A stretch of 64,000 nucleotides of DNA from Spirochaetales bacterium (GCA_016928955.1 JAFGJV010000004.1:124001-188000), one strand, 5' to 3'; numbered from the stretch's first letter, positions 17,392-28,043 are shown. A program made the numbers and translations. Notes: generated from the letters alone by a model not told the origin.

Positions 17392-19111
17392 CGCCGAGGA
17401 GGCGTACCTCCGCAGGCAACTGATACCCTATCTGGGCAACAAGCGGAGTCTCCTCCCGGACCTGAAAGCTGTCTTTTTGTCCCTGGCCGAGCCTGGATCC
17501 ACGGTACGTTTTTTGGATGCCTTTTCCGGCTCGGGCGCCGTTGCCCGCCTTGCAAGGACGCTCGGATACTCGGTGGAGGCCAACGACTGGGAGCCGTACA
17601 GCCAAGCCCTGAACCGCTCGTGGCTGGTCCTTACTCCGGCCAGGCTGGAAGCGGCCTTTGGCGGTGCGGGCAAGCTGCGCGCATGCTTTGATGCCTGGAA
17701 CGCCATGTACAACGACCCGGGCTGGCTCGAGCGTTGTCCGGCCTACCTGGCTCGGTGGTACGCCCCTGCCGACACCGCACATCCGGATCCTGACGGGGAA
17801 CGCCTGTTTTACACGGCTGAGAACGCGGCCTTCCTTGACGCAGTGCGCAACAGGCTCGATAGCGAGTATCCGCCCAACGACGACGAAGGGCCAGTGGCGG
17901 ACGCCCGGGCCGCCCTGCTGGGGTCGGCGCTCCTTGAGGCCGCCGTACACACCAACACTTCCGGCGTTTTCAAGGCCTGCCACCGGGGTTTTGGAGGACA
18001 TAGCCACGACGCTTTGGGCCGCATCATGGCCAGGATGCAACTGGAAGCTCCCGCCGTTCCTCAAGCGTCGCCCGGCAAGGTTACCGGGATGGACGTTACG
18101 GATTTTCTGCGGTCGAGAACCGCGGATATTGCCTACCTGGATCCGCCCTATAACCAGCATCAGTACGGGTCAAACTACCACCTTTTGAACACCATCGTGC
18201 GCTGGGATTGCGTGCCCATGCCCCTTGTCCGGAACGCACGCGGTAAGCTGATCGGCAAAGGCGGCATACCGGAAGTGTGGAAGCGCACGTCGTCGCCCTT
18301 TTGCGGGAAAAACACGGCCAAGGGCGCCCTGGAAAAGCTTATCGCTACGGTTGACGCGCGCGCCATCGTCATGAGCTACAACGGTGATGGTCACGTTACA
18401 GCCCCGGAAATAGCGGCCATGCTGTCGGAACGCGGACGCCTGGAGCTCAGGTGCCTCGGCTATACGAGCTACCGCGGCGGCAGACAGTCGAATGCCCGGC
18501 GCCAGAGTACGCGCGAGTACGTGTTCGTCGTGCGTACCGACCTGCCCAGCACCGGACCCGAGGATGCCATACGGGCCATTCGGCTGGCCGAGAGCAGGGA
18601 TACGGCGCTCAAGGGTTTTTACGATCCCGACAAGCTCAGAGCTCATTTTACCATCAATGGCGACTCCTTGGTCGTCAGGGCGGGACCGGAAGCGGCCGAA
18701 TCTAGGATCGTTCTGCCCCTGTCCGGGCAGCGGCGTCTGGGGCGCGGCGCTGAAGAGGTGCTGGATGCCATGGGCGAGAGCGAGCGGGAAGATACCCTCA
18801 GGTTGTTGGGCTTCTGCGTCTGCCAATCCGTGGAGAGCAGGCTGGAAATCCTGGCTGGGCTCGCCGCGCAGCCTGACGGGCTCGGCCGGTCGGCACGCAA
18901 GGAGGCCTTGGTCCATTTGCGCAAACTGGCCCACCCGCGGCACAAGGATATTTTTTATCGACTCGCCGACCGTTTCAGGCGCGTGGCCGACGAGCAAAAT
19001 GACAAGGCAGTATTAGGCGGCCTTGACCTGCTTTTGGATCTCGCGGACAGACGTTTTGCCCATACGAGTGATCGGGCGACTGGCGACGCGTTGGGCCATG
19101 GTATACACTAG
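17381..19111 (+). CDS. DNA adenine methyltransferase (D12/alpha class) with a C-terminal extension
   Basis: YLGNKR, DAFSGSG (motif I), ANDWE, YLDPPY (motif IV), YGSNYHLL, MSYN. Confidence 0.85.
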   Translation: MSPDAEEAYLRRQLIPYLGNKRSLLPDLKAVFLSLAEPGSTVRFLDAFSGSGAVARLARTLGYSVEANDWEPYSQALNRSWLVLTPARLEAAFGGAGKLRACFDAWNAMYNDPGWLERCPAYLARWYAPADTAHPDPDGERLFYTAENAAFLDAVRNRLDSEYPPNDDEGPVADARAALLGSALLEAAVHTNTSGVFKACHRGFGGHSHDALGRIMARMQLEAPAVPQASPGKVTGMDVTDFLRSRTADIAYLDPPYNQHQYGSNYHLLNTIVRWDCVPMPLVRNARGKLIGKGGIPEVWKRTSSPFCGKNTAKGALEKLIATVDARAIVMSYNGDGHVTAPEIAAMLSERGRLELRCLGYTSYRGGRQSNARRQSTREYVFVVRTDLPSTGPEDAIRAIRLAESRDTALKGFYDPDKLRAHFTINGDSLVVRAGPEAAESRIVLPLSGQRRLGRGAEEVLDAMGESEREDTLRLLGFCVCQSVESRLEILAGLAAQPDGLGRSARKEALVHLRKLAHPRHKDIFYRLADRFRRVADEQNDKAVLGGLDLLLDLADRRFAHTSDRATGDALGHGIH

Positions 19112-19112
19112 T

Positions 19113-19219
19113 GGTAACCTCAAAAAAACCTATGGTGACTAGAGGTTCCCTGTGTTTTCGGCCGAAGCACTAGGTTTTTAAGGTAACCCTCTAAAAACTG
19201 AAGTTTTTAGAGGCTCCCT
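19113..19219. repeat. Composite palindromic repeat (REP/MITE-like), copy 1
   Basis: Contains CCTCTAAAAACTGAAGTTTTTAGAGG; near reverse complement of 53508-53617. Confidence 0.85.
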
Positions 19220-19311
19220 GGTAGGGGGTGCGTGCAAAGCTTCGCGTATGCGAGCATCCCCCGACTGTACACGAAGGTACGGCCGAGCAGCCTTGGCGGA
19301 AGGAGCGCCCC

Positions 19312-20936
19312 TTGTCCTGGTTATATCCTAAAAAGCACGCGGAGGCGTCCAGCGTAAGCGAACGCCAATAAGTACCCGTGCTGGTATCAATGAACATCCT
19401 CCTGGTAGCCTTCTTCGCGGTGTCGGGATTCAGCCGATATCAAGCCAAGCCCGATAGTTCCCTGCCGTTTTTCATAGCGATAAACACCACGAATGTGCTG
19501 TTCGTCGCCTCGCTGGTGTTTATACGAGTCAGAGCGTACATGCTCGCGTCGTTCATCACCACAAGCGGCATGCTCCTGAGCGCGGTATGGATGTCCGTGC
19601 TTCTCCCGTCAGAAGGGACCGTGGACGCATACCGGTTCATGGTATTCATGATAGCCTCGGGCATTGGAACGACCATCGTCGCGCTCAAACGCGTGCAGAT
19701 GGTCTTCTTTGTGATGGCCAGCTCATCCTCTACGGCCTTGTTGTGGCGTTGAGATTCGCGCCGGCGGCGGGAGGCTTTACCAGGGACAACACCTACGTGT
19801 ACGTCATCCTTTTGGTGCTGCTCAGCGCGACCAATGGAGCCTTGCTCATCAACAACCGGCTGAACAGGTCCCTGGTTGATGCCGCAGAGGGCGAAAGCCG
19901 AAAAAATGCCGAGCGTTCGTCAGCGCTCGCGACCCTGGTCGGGGAAGCAAAAGAAACGCTACGGGAAGGGCGGTCACTGGTCGGGGCGGCCGAAACGGTC
20001 ATGGCGGAGGGAGAGCGCATTCGTCATGAGATAGACATGACGAGGGACAGCGCGGCGAGCCTAGCCAAGCTGGCCGCCGTAGCCGATGAGGCGAACGAGG
20101 GCGCCCTTGCCTATGTGGAGGAATTCCGCTCCGGAGTGGAATCCCAGGACCAGGCGCTTGAGGGAGCCGAGCGCACCCTTGGCGGCATAGCGTCAATGAT
20201 ACAGACCATGGCTGGCACCGCAAGCTCTCGACGGGCCGATATGGACCAGGCATTGGGAAAAATGGACGAGCAGGCTAGCATGATAGCCAAGGTCGTGGAC
20301 GGGTTCAAACGCATCCAGGCAGCGGCAGCCCAGGTCATGCAGGTAGCCGCAGGAATAATGGACGTGTCGGAAAAAACCAACCTCCTGGCCATGAACGCTT
20401 CCATTGAGGCTGCTCACGCGGGCGCCGCTGGCAGGGGCTTTGGCGTCGTGGCGCACGAAATACGAAAGCTCTCCGAGGAAACCCACGAAGCCACCGAGTC
20501 CATACGAGAAGCGCTGGTCAAGAGCGGGGCCGTCATGGACGAGGCCGCGGCCATGATAGACCGTTTTGCTGGTGACATCGGGTCGGTGAACGACGCCGTC
20601 CGCTCGGCCTTCAAGGCCCTGAGCGAGCTGGTTGATGGACTCGGGCAGATGCAGGTGGGGGCGTCCGGCCTCACGGACGCCACCGGGCACATCATGGGCG
20701 TAAGCGAACGGAGCAAGGACGGTGTGCGCGGCGTTGCCGAGCGCATGGGTTCCAGTTCCGAAAGCGTGGCAGCCATGCACCAAAAATCAAGGGAGCTGAG
20801 CGACAGCATGGATCGCGTGGCCAAATCCTTTGCCTTGGTGGAAGAGGCCATTCGCGGGATCAGGGAAATTGGCGAGCGGAGCGTAAGCGGCCTGGACGCC
20901 CTGGAACGGGAATTGGCCAGGCTGGACGCCGACTGA
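19312..20936 (+). pseudogene. Methyl-accepting chemotaxis protein pseudogene
   Basis: AAGGAG RBS and TTG at 19312, in-frame TAA at 19369-19371, frameshift near 19722; intact core [32 protein letters not shown]. Confidence 0.8.
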
Positions 20937-20948
20937 ACGAAGCTCCGC

Positions 20949-22490
20949 TCAGTTAGCGGTGCCCGCGCCCGGTTTTTTGCCGTTAGCGCCCCTGCGGCGT
21001 GCATGGGGCCGCTTTTTGGAATCCGGGCCCGCATCTGGCTGTTTCCGTACGCTCCGAGCTTGGCTGTCGTGACGCCTGCCCTGTTCGCCAGAGCCGTGGG
21101 CGTCATGCCGCGGCCGCTCGCCGGGGGCTCTGTTCCCCCTGCTTGCCCCGGGCTCGGCAGCCTGCCTGTCCCTCCTGGGCCGCGGGGCATCCTGTCGAGG
21201 CGCTTGCCCGACAGGCCGCGTCCTGCCGCTAGCCGCGCTGGTTCTGGTCTGCCTGGGCCGCTGCCCTTGGCGATCCGGTTTCCGTGATGCCTCCAGCTTG
21301 ACATTTTTCCGCGCGGCCTCTTCCTCTTCGGCAACGGCGAAGAAATTTTCCGGCTCTATGTCATGGACCCTGCCGGATTCCATGATCTTGCATATAAAGC
21401 TGAAGCCGTACCGGGTGGCTATCTTGGATGCCCGTTTGAGCTCCACCAGGTCGGCCACGGCCACTGACACGCCACGGCACCCGGCTCGCCCGGTACGTCC
21501 AGCCCTGTGGACATAGACCGTGGGGTCTTCCGGCAGGTCAAAACTGATCACGTGGCTGACGTCTGCAATATCCAGGCCGCGCGCGCCGAGATCCGTGGTG
21601 ACGAGCCACCTGACCTCGCCTGACGAGAAAGATTCAAGGGCTGACTTGCGGTTCTGGGAATCGCGGTCTGACTTGAGCACGGCCATGGGGAAGCCCAGGT
21701 GCTCAAGTTTGCGGACGATGGCAAAGATGGCCGCGTTTGACGACGCGAACAAGAGACAGCGCTCCGGCTTTACCGCCGCCTCAAAGCGCCGCAGGAATTC
21801 TATCTTGGAACGGCTGGGCGCGTGGAAGCACCAGTGTTCTATGCTGGTCCGGAGCGATTCCGAGGAATCCAGGGCCAGGCGCGCCGCGTCCCTGAACCAG
21901 GGGGACGACCGCTCAACCGTGCGTTCGGGAATGGTTGCCGACACCAGGACGCGTGAACAGGTATCCGGAAGGGCGGCCAGGAACTGCCCGGTTATGTCGA
22001 TGCTCTCTTTCTCGAACAGCCTGTCGCCCTCGTCCAGCACCGCCCAGCGGAGATCAGCCGGAGCCAGGTGGCCGGACGTCACAAGGTCCCGGAGCCTACC
22101 CATGGATCCGACCACCACATGGGGCTTGTCGGCCAGCCGCTCGAGCTGGCGCGCGATAGGCATGGACCCAAGGGCTCGTGCCACCCGTATGCCCAGCCCT
22201 GACGCCTCGGCCAGGCGCTCGGCTTCGCGAGCAAGCTGGGAGGCCAGGTCGTGCGTGGGGGCGGCCACCACAAGCTGGACCCTCTGCAGGGTTGGGTCCA
22301 GGCGAGAGTATGCCGGGGCCAGGTAGGCTAGGGTCTTGCCCGTGCCCGTGGCCGACGACATGTAGGCGTCGCGCCCATCCAGAATGGAGGGCATGGCCAG
22401 GGCCTGTATGTCCGTTGGCGCTTCAAAGCCGTATGAAGCCAACGCCGCACACACCTCGGCCCTGAGGCCTAATTCTGAAAACGTGCTCAT
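20949..22490 (-). CDS. DEAD-box RNA helicase (DEGD variant) with a basic C-terminal tail
   Basis: Q motif PTDIQ, TGTGKT, PTHDLA, DEGD, SAT, ARGLD, HRAGRTGRAG. Confidence 0.92.
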   Translation of the reverse strand: MSTFSELGLRAEVCAALASYGFEAPTDIQALAMPSILDGRDAYMSSATGTGKTLAYLAPAYSRLDPTLQRVQLVVAAPTHDLASQLAREAERLAEASGLGIRVARALGSMPIARQLERLADKPHVVVGSMGRLRDLVTSGHLAPADLRWAVLDEGDRLFEKESIDITGQFLAALPDTCSRVLVSATIPERTVERSSPWFRDAARLALDSSESLRTSIEHWCFHAPSRSKIEFLRRFEAAVKPERCLLFASSNAAIFAIVRKLEHLGFPMAVLKSDRDSQNRKSALESFSSGEVRWLVTTDLGARGLDIADVSHVISFDLPEDPTVYVHRAGRTGRAGCRGVSVAVADLVELKRASKIATRYGFSFICKIMESGRVHDIEPENFFAVAEEEEAARKNVKLEASRKPDRQGQRPRQTRTSAASGRTRPVGQAPRQDAPRPRRDRQAAEPGASRGNRAPGERPRHDAHGSGEQGRRHDSQARSVRKQPDAGPDSKKRPHARRRGANGKKPGAGTAN

Positions 22491-22551
22491 TGATACATCC
22501 TCTCGATGCTAAGGCGTCGCTGTGCGACGCGGCAGCCAGCCCGGGCCGGCT

Positions 22552-23637
22552 TCAGTCGTGCGGGTTTGTCTCGTCCCGCAGGCGCGCGTAGCGGGGCTTG
22601 ATCACGTCAAAGATAATCCTGACCCGCTCCCCATAGGGAATAAACGCGCTTTTCATGGCATTGACCGACAAGCGCTCCACGTCGCGCAGGGTCAGGCCAA
22701 AATGCTCAACCGCCAGGGCAAACTCGTCGCTCAGGCTCGTGCTGCTCATGAGGCGGTTGTCCGTGCACAGGCTGACCCGAAAGTCGTTGCGGTAGTACAC
22801 GTTGAAGGGGTGCGACGAGTAGTCCGCGGCCGCTCCGGTCTGCACATTGGACGACAGGCAGCACTCCAGGGGGATGCGCCTGTCTCGTACGTAGGACGCA
22901 AGGCTGCCCATCTTGTCTATCCGCGTGCCCGTGCTGGCCATGTCCTCAACCAGGCGCGTGCCGTGGCCGATGCGGTGGGCGCCGCACACCTGCAGGGCCT
23001 GCCAGATCGATTCCGGCCCAAAGGCCTCTCCCGCGTGGATGGTGATATTGAAATTCTTGCCCCGGATGTACTGAAAAGCCTCCAGATGACGTTTTGGCGG
23101 ATGCCCGGACTCGTCGCCCGCCAGGTCAAAGCCCACCACGCCCCTGTCGCGGTACGAAACGGCGAGCTCGGCCGTTTCCAAAGACAAGGCTGGCGACATG
23201 TTGCGCATGGCGCAGAGTATGAGCCCGTATTCCGTGCCCGTGGTGCGTTTGCCGGCCTCCATGCCCCTGAGGGCTGCTTCCACGATGCTTTCCAGATCAA
23301 GGTCGTCACGTACATGCAGGATGGGGGCGAACCGGATTTCCGCGTACACAACGCCGTCAGCGGCAAGGTCCTCTATGGCCTCACGGGCCACCCGCTCTAT
23401 GGCATCCTTTGTTCGCATGACGGCCGTTGTCAGGGAAAAGCCTTCCAGGTACAGACCAAGGTTCTTGCGGCTGGCTCCCCTGTGCAGCCACGACGCCAGT
23501 TCCTCGGGTTCGGATGCAGGAAGGTCCAGGCCGTATTCGCCCGCCAGGTCTATGATGGTGGACGGGCGCAATCCCCCGTCAAGGTGGTCGTGCAACTCGA
23601 CCTTGGGCGCCCGCCTGAGCATGTCCTTGGTAACCAT
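22552..23637 (-). CDS. add: Adenosine deaminase
   Basis: PKVELHDHLDG, GFDLAGDE, TIHAGE, RIGHG, CTDN. Confidence 0.92.
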   Translation of the reverse strand: MVTKDMLRRAPKVELHDHLDGGLRPSTIIDLAGEYGLDLPASEPEELASWLHRGASRKNLGLYLEGFSLTTAVMRTKDAIERVAREAIEDLAADGVVYAEIRFAPILHVRDDLDLESIVEAALRGMEAGKRTTGTEYGLILCAMRNMSPALSLETAELAVSYRDRGVVGFDLAGDESGHPPKRHLEAFQYIRGKNFNITIHAGEAFGPESIWQALQVCGAHRIGHGTRLVEDMASTGTRIDKMGSLASYVRDRRIPLECCLSSNVQTGAAADYSSHPFNVYYRNDFRVSLCTDNRLMSSTSLSDEFALAVEHFGLTLRDVERLSVNAMKSAFIPYGERVRIIFDVIKPRYARLRDETNPHD

Positions 23638-23730
23638 CCGTCAAGTATAACCGGAGCGGAGGGTTTTGGAAAGCGATCCGCGGCCAGAGGCGTTGCCTCT
23701 GGCCGCGGATTTTCGTATAGTGTGGCCCAC

Positions 23731-24660
23731 ATGAATCTTGAAGCTTTCATACTCGGTTGCGGCGGAATGATGCCGCTCCCGCATAGGCATCTGACCAGCA
23801 TGTTGCTCAGGCGCGAGGGCGAGCTCTTTCTCTTCGACGCCGGTGAGGGAACCCAGGTGTCCTTGCGGCGCCTCAATCTGCGCTGGAAAAAGATCACGGC
23901 CATATTCGTCTCCCACACGCACGCCGACCACGTGACCGGGCTGCCGGGGCTGCTCATGCTGTCCAGCCAGGTGGACAGGGACGAACCTCTGTACATATAC
24001 GGCCCGCCACGCATAGCTGAGTACGTGGAATCCAGCCGCCGCGTGCTGGACATGTACATAAACTACGAGATCGTCGTGAAGGAAATCACAGCCCCGGCGG
24101 TATGCTACGAGGGACCGGACTTCCGTATTAGGGCCTTTCCGCTCAGGCACACCAAAACCTGCGTGGGCTACACGCTGGAGGAGGACTCGCGGCCGGGCGC
24201 GTTCCATCCCGAGCGGGCCCAGGCCCTGGGCGTTCCGGTGGGGCCCCTGTGGTCACGACTGCAGGCCGGACAGCCCGTGCAGGCCGCTGACGGAAGCACG
24301 GTCAGCCCCGAACAGGTGCTCGGACCGCCAAGGACAGGCCGCAAGGTCAGCTACGTGACAGACAGCCTGTATTTTCCCGACATAGCCCCGGAGGTGGCCG
24401 GTTCCGACCTCCTGGTATGCGAGGGCATGTTCGAGCGCTCGCTGGCCGATACGGCCGCCGAGAAAAAGCACATGACGGCGGAACAGGCCGCCATGATAGC
24501 CAGGGACGCCGGGGGCGTAAAAAGCCTCGGACTCATCCACTACAGCCCGCGCTATACGGACCGGGAGCTGAAAATTCTCCTGGACGAAGCCCAGGCGATC
24601 TTTCCGGACACCTTCCTGACCAAAGACAGGATGGCCTTGCCCGTGGAGTACGTGGACTAG
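23731..24660 (+). CDS. rnz: Ribonuclease Z
   Basis: FDAGEGTQ, SHTHADHVTG, exosite GVPVGP, KHMT, IHYSPRY; start at MNLEAFILG. Confidence 0.93.
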   Translation: MNLEAFILGCGGMMPLPHRHLTSMLLRREGELFLFDAGEGTQVSLRRLNLRWKKITAIFVSHTHADHVTGLPGLLMLSSQVDRDEPLYIYGPPRIAEYVESSRRVLDMYINYEIVVKEITAPAVCYEGPDFRIRAFPLRHTKTCVGYTLEEDSRPGAFHPERAQALGVPVGPLWSRLQAGQPVQAADGSTVSPEQVLGPPRTGRKVSYVTDSLYFPDIAPEVAGSDLLVCEGMFERSLADTAAEKKHMTAEQAAMIARDAGGVKSLGLIHYSPRYTDRELKILLDEAQAIFPDTFLTKDRMALPVEYVD

Positions 24661-24750
24661 CAGGGGCCGGCGATAGTCCTTTGGTTTTCCATCAAGGAAG
24701 GCGTCCCAGCCCGTACAGGTTGGCCGCCGGATGCATAGACGGAGACGATC

Positions 24751-25704
24751 ATGATCCAGGCTGTAAACCTAAGCAAACGCTACGGCTCCTTTGAGGCTGT
24801 GCGCGGTGTCAGTTTTGACGTCGGTTCGGGGCGGGTGGTGGGCCTCCTCGGGCCGAACGGGGCTGGCAAAACCAGCATCATGAAGGTGCTGACTGGCTAC
24901 CACCGCCCAAGCTCCGGGCTTGTCACCATCAACGGCATCAACGTGGCCGACGATCCATTGGCCGTCAAAGCCATGGTCGGCTATCTGCCGGAAGGCGTGC
25001 CGCTGTACGTGGACATGACCGTGGGCGAATACCTGGGGTTTATCGCAGAAGCGCGCGGGCTTGCCCATGCGGACAGGGAAGGCGCCGCGCTCAAGGCGAT
25101 GGGCGCCTGCGGCTTGGACGGTATGTTCGACGTGCGCATAGACCATTTGTCCAAAGGGTACCGGCAGCGTGTGGGACTGGCCCAGGCCATCATACACGAC
25201 CCGCCCATCCTGATCCTGGACGAGCCTACCACAGGTTTGGACCCCAATCAGATTTTGGAGATCAGGTCCCTCATACGCTCTCTCGGTTCGCAGAAAACGG
25301 TCATTCTGTCCACCCACATACTTCAGGAGGTGGAGGCCCTGTGCTCGGAAGTACTCATCCTGAACGAGGGTCGTATCGTGGCGCAGGGGAGCGCGGCGCG
25401 CTTGGCCGAGCAGCTGCAGGGAGACGAACGGCTGGACGTGGTGCTGTCCGGAGCGCGCCTGCCCGAGTCGCCCGAGGAAAGCCTTGAGTCCCGCGCGGGC
25501 ATACTCGCGGCCGAGCGAGTCGAAGGGCCGGCCGGCCGCCTCAGGCTGAGGCTAACCGCCCCCGCAGGCTCGGGCGACACGGCGGCAGAAGCCGTATTCG
25601 ATTGGGCGGTGGAAAATAAGCTGAGAATACTCGAACTCAAAAGAGAACGCCTTTCACTTGAGGAGATTTTCGTGAAACTGACAGGGGAGGATACGGAAGC
25701 ATGA
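24751..25704 (+). CDS. ABC transporter ATP-binding protein (GldA-like)
   Basis: GPNGAGKT, LSKGYRQRVG, ILDEPTTGLDPNQ. Confidence 0.9.
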   Translation: MIQAVNLSKRYGSFEAVRGVSFDVGSGRVVGLLGPNGAGKTSIMKVLTGYHRPSSGLVTINGINVADDPLAVKAMVGYLPEGVPLYVDMTVGEYLGFIAEARGLAHADREGAALKAMGACGLDGMFDVRIDHLSKGYRQRVGLAQAIIHDPPILILDEPTTGLDPNQILEIRSLIRSLGSQKTVILSTHILQEVEALCSEVLILNEGRIVAQGSAARLAEQLQGDERLDVVLSGARLPESPEESLESRAGILAAERVEGPAGRLRLRLTAPAGSGDTAAEAVFDWAVENKLRILELKRERLSLEEIFVKLTGEDTEA

Positions 25705-26423
25705 GCCCCATACTGACCGTTGCCAGGCGGGAATTACGGGCCTATTTCAACTCCGCCCTTGCCTACGCCTTCATTGTCTCCTTTCTGGTGGTGTGCGGCG
25801 TGTTCTTCTTCTTCGTGAACGGCTTCTTTGCCGCCAACCAGGCCAGCATGAGGCTGTGGTTCGGCCTGATGCCCATCGTGCTGTCCGTGCTCCTGCCCGC
25901 CCTGACCATGAGGCTGTGGGCCGACGAGAAACGCCAGGGTACCTACGAGCTTTTGCGTACTCTGCCGTTCTCGGAAACCCAGCTCGTGCTGGGCAAGCAC
26001 CTGGCAGTGTTCGGCCTGATCGGCATCACGGCGCTGGCCAGCCTGCCTGTGCCTGCGCTGTGCTCGCTGTTTGGCCGCTTTGACACAGGCGTCATAGCGT
26101 CGTCCTATATCGGCCTGGTCCTGCTTGCCTCAGCGAGCGCGTCAGTTGGCCAGCTGGTGTCCGCCTTGAGCAAGAACCAGATCACCGCCTTTCTGGTGTC
26201 GGTGCTTGTCCTTCTAGCGCTCAACCTGACCCACGTGGTGACCACGTGGGCAGCCTTGCCGTCGTGGCTGGCAGCCATGTTCAACTGGCTGTCTCTCGGT
26301 TACCATTTCACCTCCTTCCTGCGCGGCGTGCTCGACACGCGGGACGTGGCGTATTTCGTGTTCCTGACCGCCGCAGGGTTGTATCTGGCGGTTAAGGAAC
26401 TGCGCTTTGCGGCGTGGAGGTAG
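25701..26423 (+). CDS. ABC-2 permease (GldF-like)
   Basis: RELRAYFNS, TMRLWADEKRQGTYELL, about 6 TM segments. Confidence 0.85.
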   Translation: MSPILTVARRELRAYFNSALAYAFIVSFLVVCGVFFFFVNGFFAANQASMRLWFGLMPIVLSVLLPALTMRLWADEKRQGTYELLRTLPFSETQLVLGKHLAVFGLIGITALASLPVPALCSLFGRFDTGVIASSYIGLVLLASASASVGQLVSALSKNQITAFLVSVLVLLALNLTHVVTTWAALPSWLAAMFNWLSLGYHFTSFLRGVLDTRDVAYFVFLTAAGLYLAVKELRFAAWR

Positions 26424-26426
26424 GAA

Positions 26427-28043
26427 ATGAAACATTCGGGAAAAAACGCGGAGCGCGCCCTGTTTTGGCTGGGCCTTATGGCCCTTGTCCTGTCGGCTGC
26501 CGTCTCGGCGCTATTCTGGCTCAGGGCCGACCTGAGCTCCGGCCAGGTCAACTCCTTGTCCAAGGCCGCGCGCGAGCTCTGGAGGGAAATACCGGAGAGC
26601 GTACGCGTCAGTTACTACCTGAGCCCCACGCTCAGGGACAAGCATCCGGGCCCGCGCGCCGTGGAGGATTTCCTGCACGGACTTGAGTCGGTATCGCGCG
26701 GCCGCATTAGCGCGCGAACGGTGGATCCCACGGAAGATCCCAGCGAGCCCGAGGCCTTCGGCGTGTCGCCGCAGCAGCTCCAGGTGATAGAAAAGTCCGA
26801 GCAGCGCGTGGCCCTTGTGTACGCCGGCATCGTCATCGAGTATCTGGACAGGCACGCGACCCTGCCCGCGGTGGTCACGGCGGATACCCTTGAGTACGAG
26901 CTGGTCAAGGCCATCCGCTCTCTGGTGACCGAACGCGCTCCTTTGGCGGGTATTCTGCTGGGTGACGACGACACTGGCCTGGACAGCCACTACAGGACCC
27001 TGACCGCGGCCCTGGAGTCGTCCGGCTACGCGGTACGTCAACAGGAACGCGGCGTACCGGTGGAAAGCGACGTTACCGTGCTGTTTGTGCTGGGCAACGC
27101 AGGCATGGACCGCTATGACTCATTTTTTGTGGACAGCTACCTGATGCGCGGCGGCAGGGTGTTCTTTGCCGTGAAGGGCGTGCGGGTTGACCAGGCCCGG
27201 GGTCTTGCGGCAACGGCCGTACCGGAAGGCGGCCTCCTTGGGATGCTGGAAGCATACGGCTTCAGGGTGGGCAGGGAGCTGGTGCTGGACGACTCGAACA
27301 TAACCGTGCCCTTCCAGACCCAGGACATGATGGGCGCGCGCAGTATCCAGTGGGTGAGGTACCCGCACTGGATCGTGGTGGACAGGGCCTTTGTCAACGA
27401 GGATCACCCAATAAGCTCAGCCTTTTCCGGGCTCGACCTTTTCTGGCCCAGCCCCCTGGCCATCCAGGCCAAGGAAGGCGTTTCCTACACCGAGCTGGCC
27501 AGGACAACGCCCAACGCGTGGACCCAGAAGAACATCCTGGCCACGTCCCCGGACCAGGCCGCCATGTTCGAGTACGAACGCCCGGACACCGAACGGCAGT
27601 ACCTGCTGGCGGCCGTTGCCTCGGGTAGCCTACCGAGCGCCTTTGCTAACGGAGACCTGCCGTCCAGAACAGGCGGCCATGCTCTGGAACAGCCGCAACC
27701 GAGAGCGGAGAACGCGCGTATCGTCGTGGTGTCGTCCACGGATTTCCTGTCAGACCTCATGGGCTCAAGCGGGTCCACCTTCAACGCCGCCTTTGCCGTG
27801 AGCGCGGCCGACTGGCTATCGTCAGACGATGACCTGGCCGCCATCAGGATGCGTGTTGCTGGCGACACCCGGCTCAACAGGATAAAGGATGAGGGCGCAA
27901 GAGCTACCCTGGTGAATCTAAGCTACGTGGTGAACCTCGGGCTCGTGCCCCTGGCCGTATTGCTCTACGGTCTCCTCCGGGCGCGGAACAGGAGCCGCAG
28001 GGAGGACGCGGCCAGGTCGGCGTCGGCCGGGGGAGCGGCATGA
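26427..28043 (+). CDS. GldG-like ABC auxiliary membrane protein
   Basis: N- and C-terminal TM segments, RADLS..SLS, LEYEL; operon context. Confidence 0.8.
   Translation: MKHSGKNAERALFWLGLMALVLSAAVSALFWLRADLSSGQVNSLSKAARELWREIPESVRVSYYLSPTLRDKHPGPRAVEDFLHGLESVSRGRISARTVDPTEDPSEPEAFGVSPQQLQVIEKSEQRVALVYAGIVIEYLDRHATLPAVVTADTLEYELVKAIRSLVTERAPLAGILLGDDDTGLDSHYRTLTAALESSGYAVRQQERGVPVESDVTVLFVLGNAGMDRYDSFFVDSYLMRGGRVFFAVKGVRVDQARGLAATAVPEGGLLGMLEAYGFRVGRELVLDDSNITVPFQTQDMMGARSIQWVRYPHWIVVDRAFVNEDHPISSAFSGLDLFWPSPLAIQAKEGVSYTELARTTPNAWTQKNILATSPDQAAMFEYERPDTERQYLLAAVASGSLPSAFANGDLPSRTGGHALEQPQPRAENARIVVVSSTDFLSDLMGSSGSTFNAAFAVSAADWLSSDDDLAAIRMRVAGDTRLNRIKDEGARATLVNLSYVVNLGLVPLAVLLYGLLRARNRSRREDAARSASAGGAA

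Noticed and set aside
17032..19111. Complete dpd (7-deazaguanine DNA modification) or restriction-modification system
   Set aside because: No DpdA/TGT, QueC, QueE, FolE or endonuclease gene in the window.
19113..19219. Possible CRISPR repeat
   Set aside because: No regularly spaced direct repeats with spacers and no cas genes.
22522..23730. Apparent 712-aa RNase Z fusion
   Set aside because: The extension is the antisense shadow of add; the real start is 23731.
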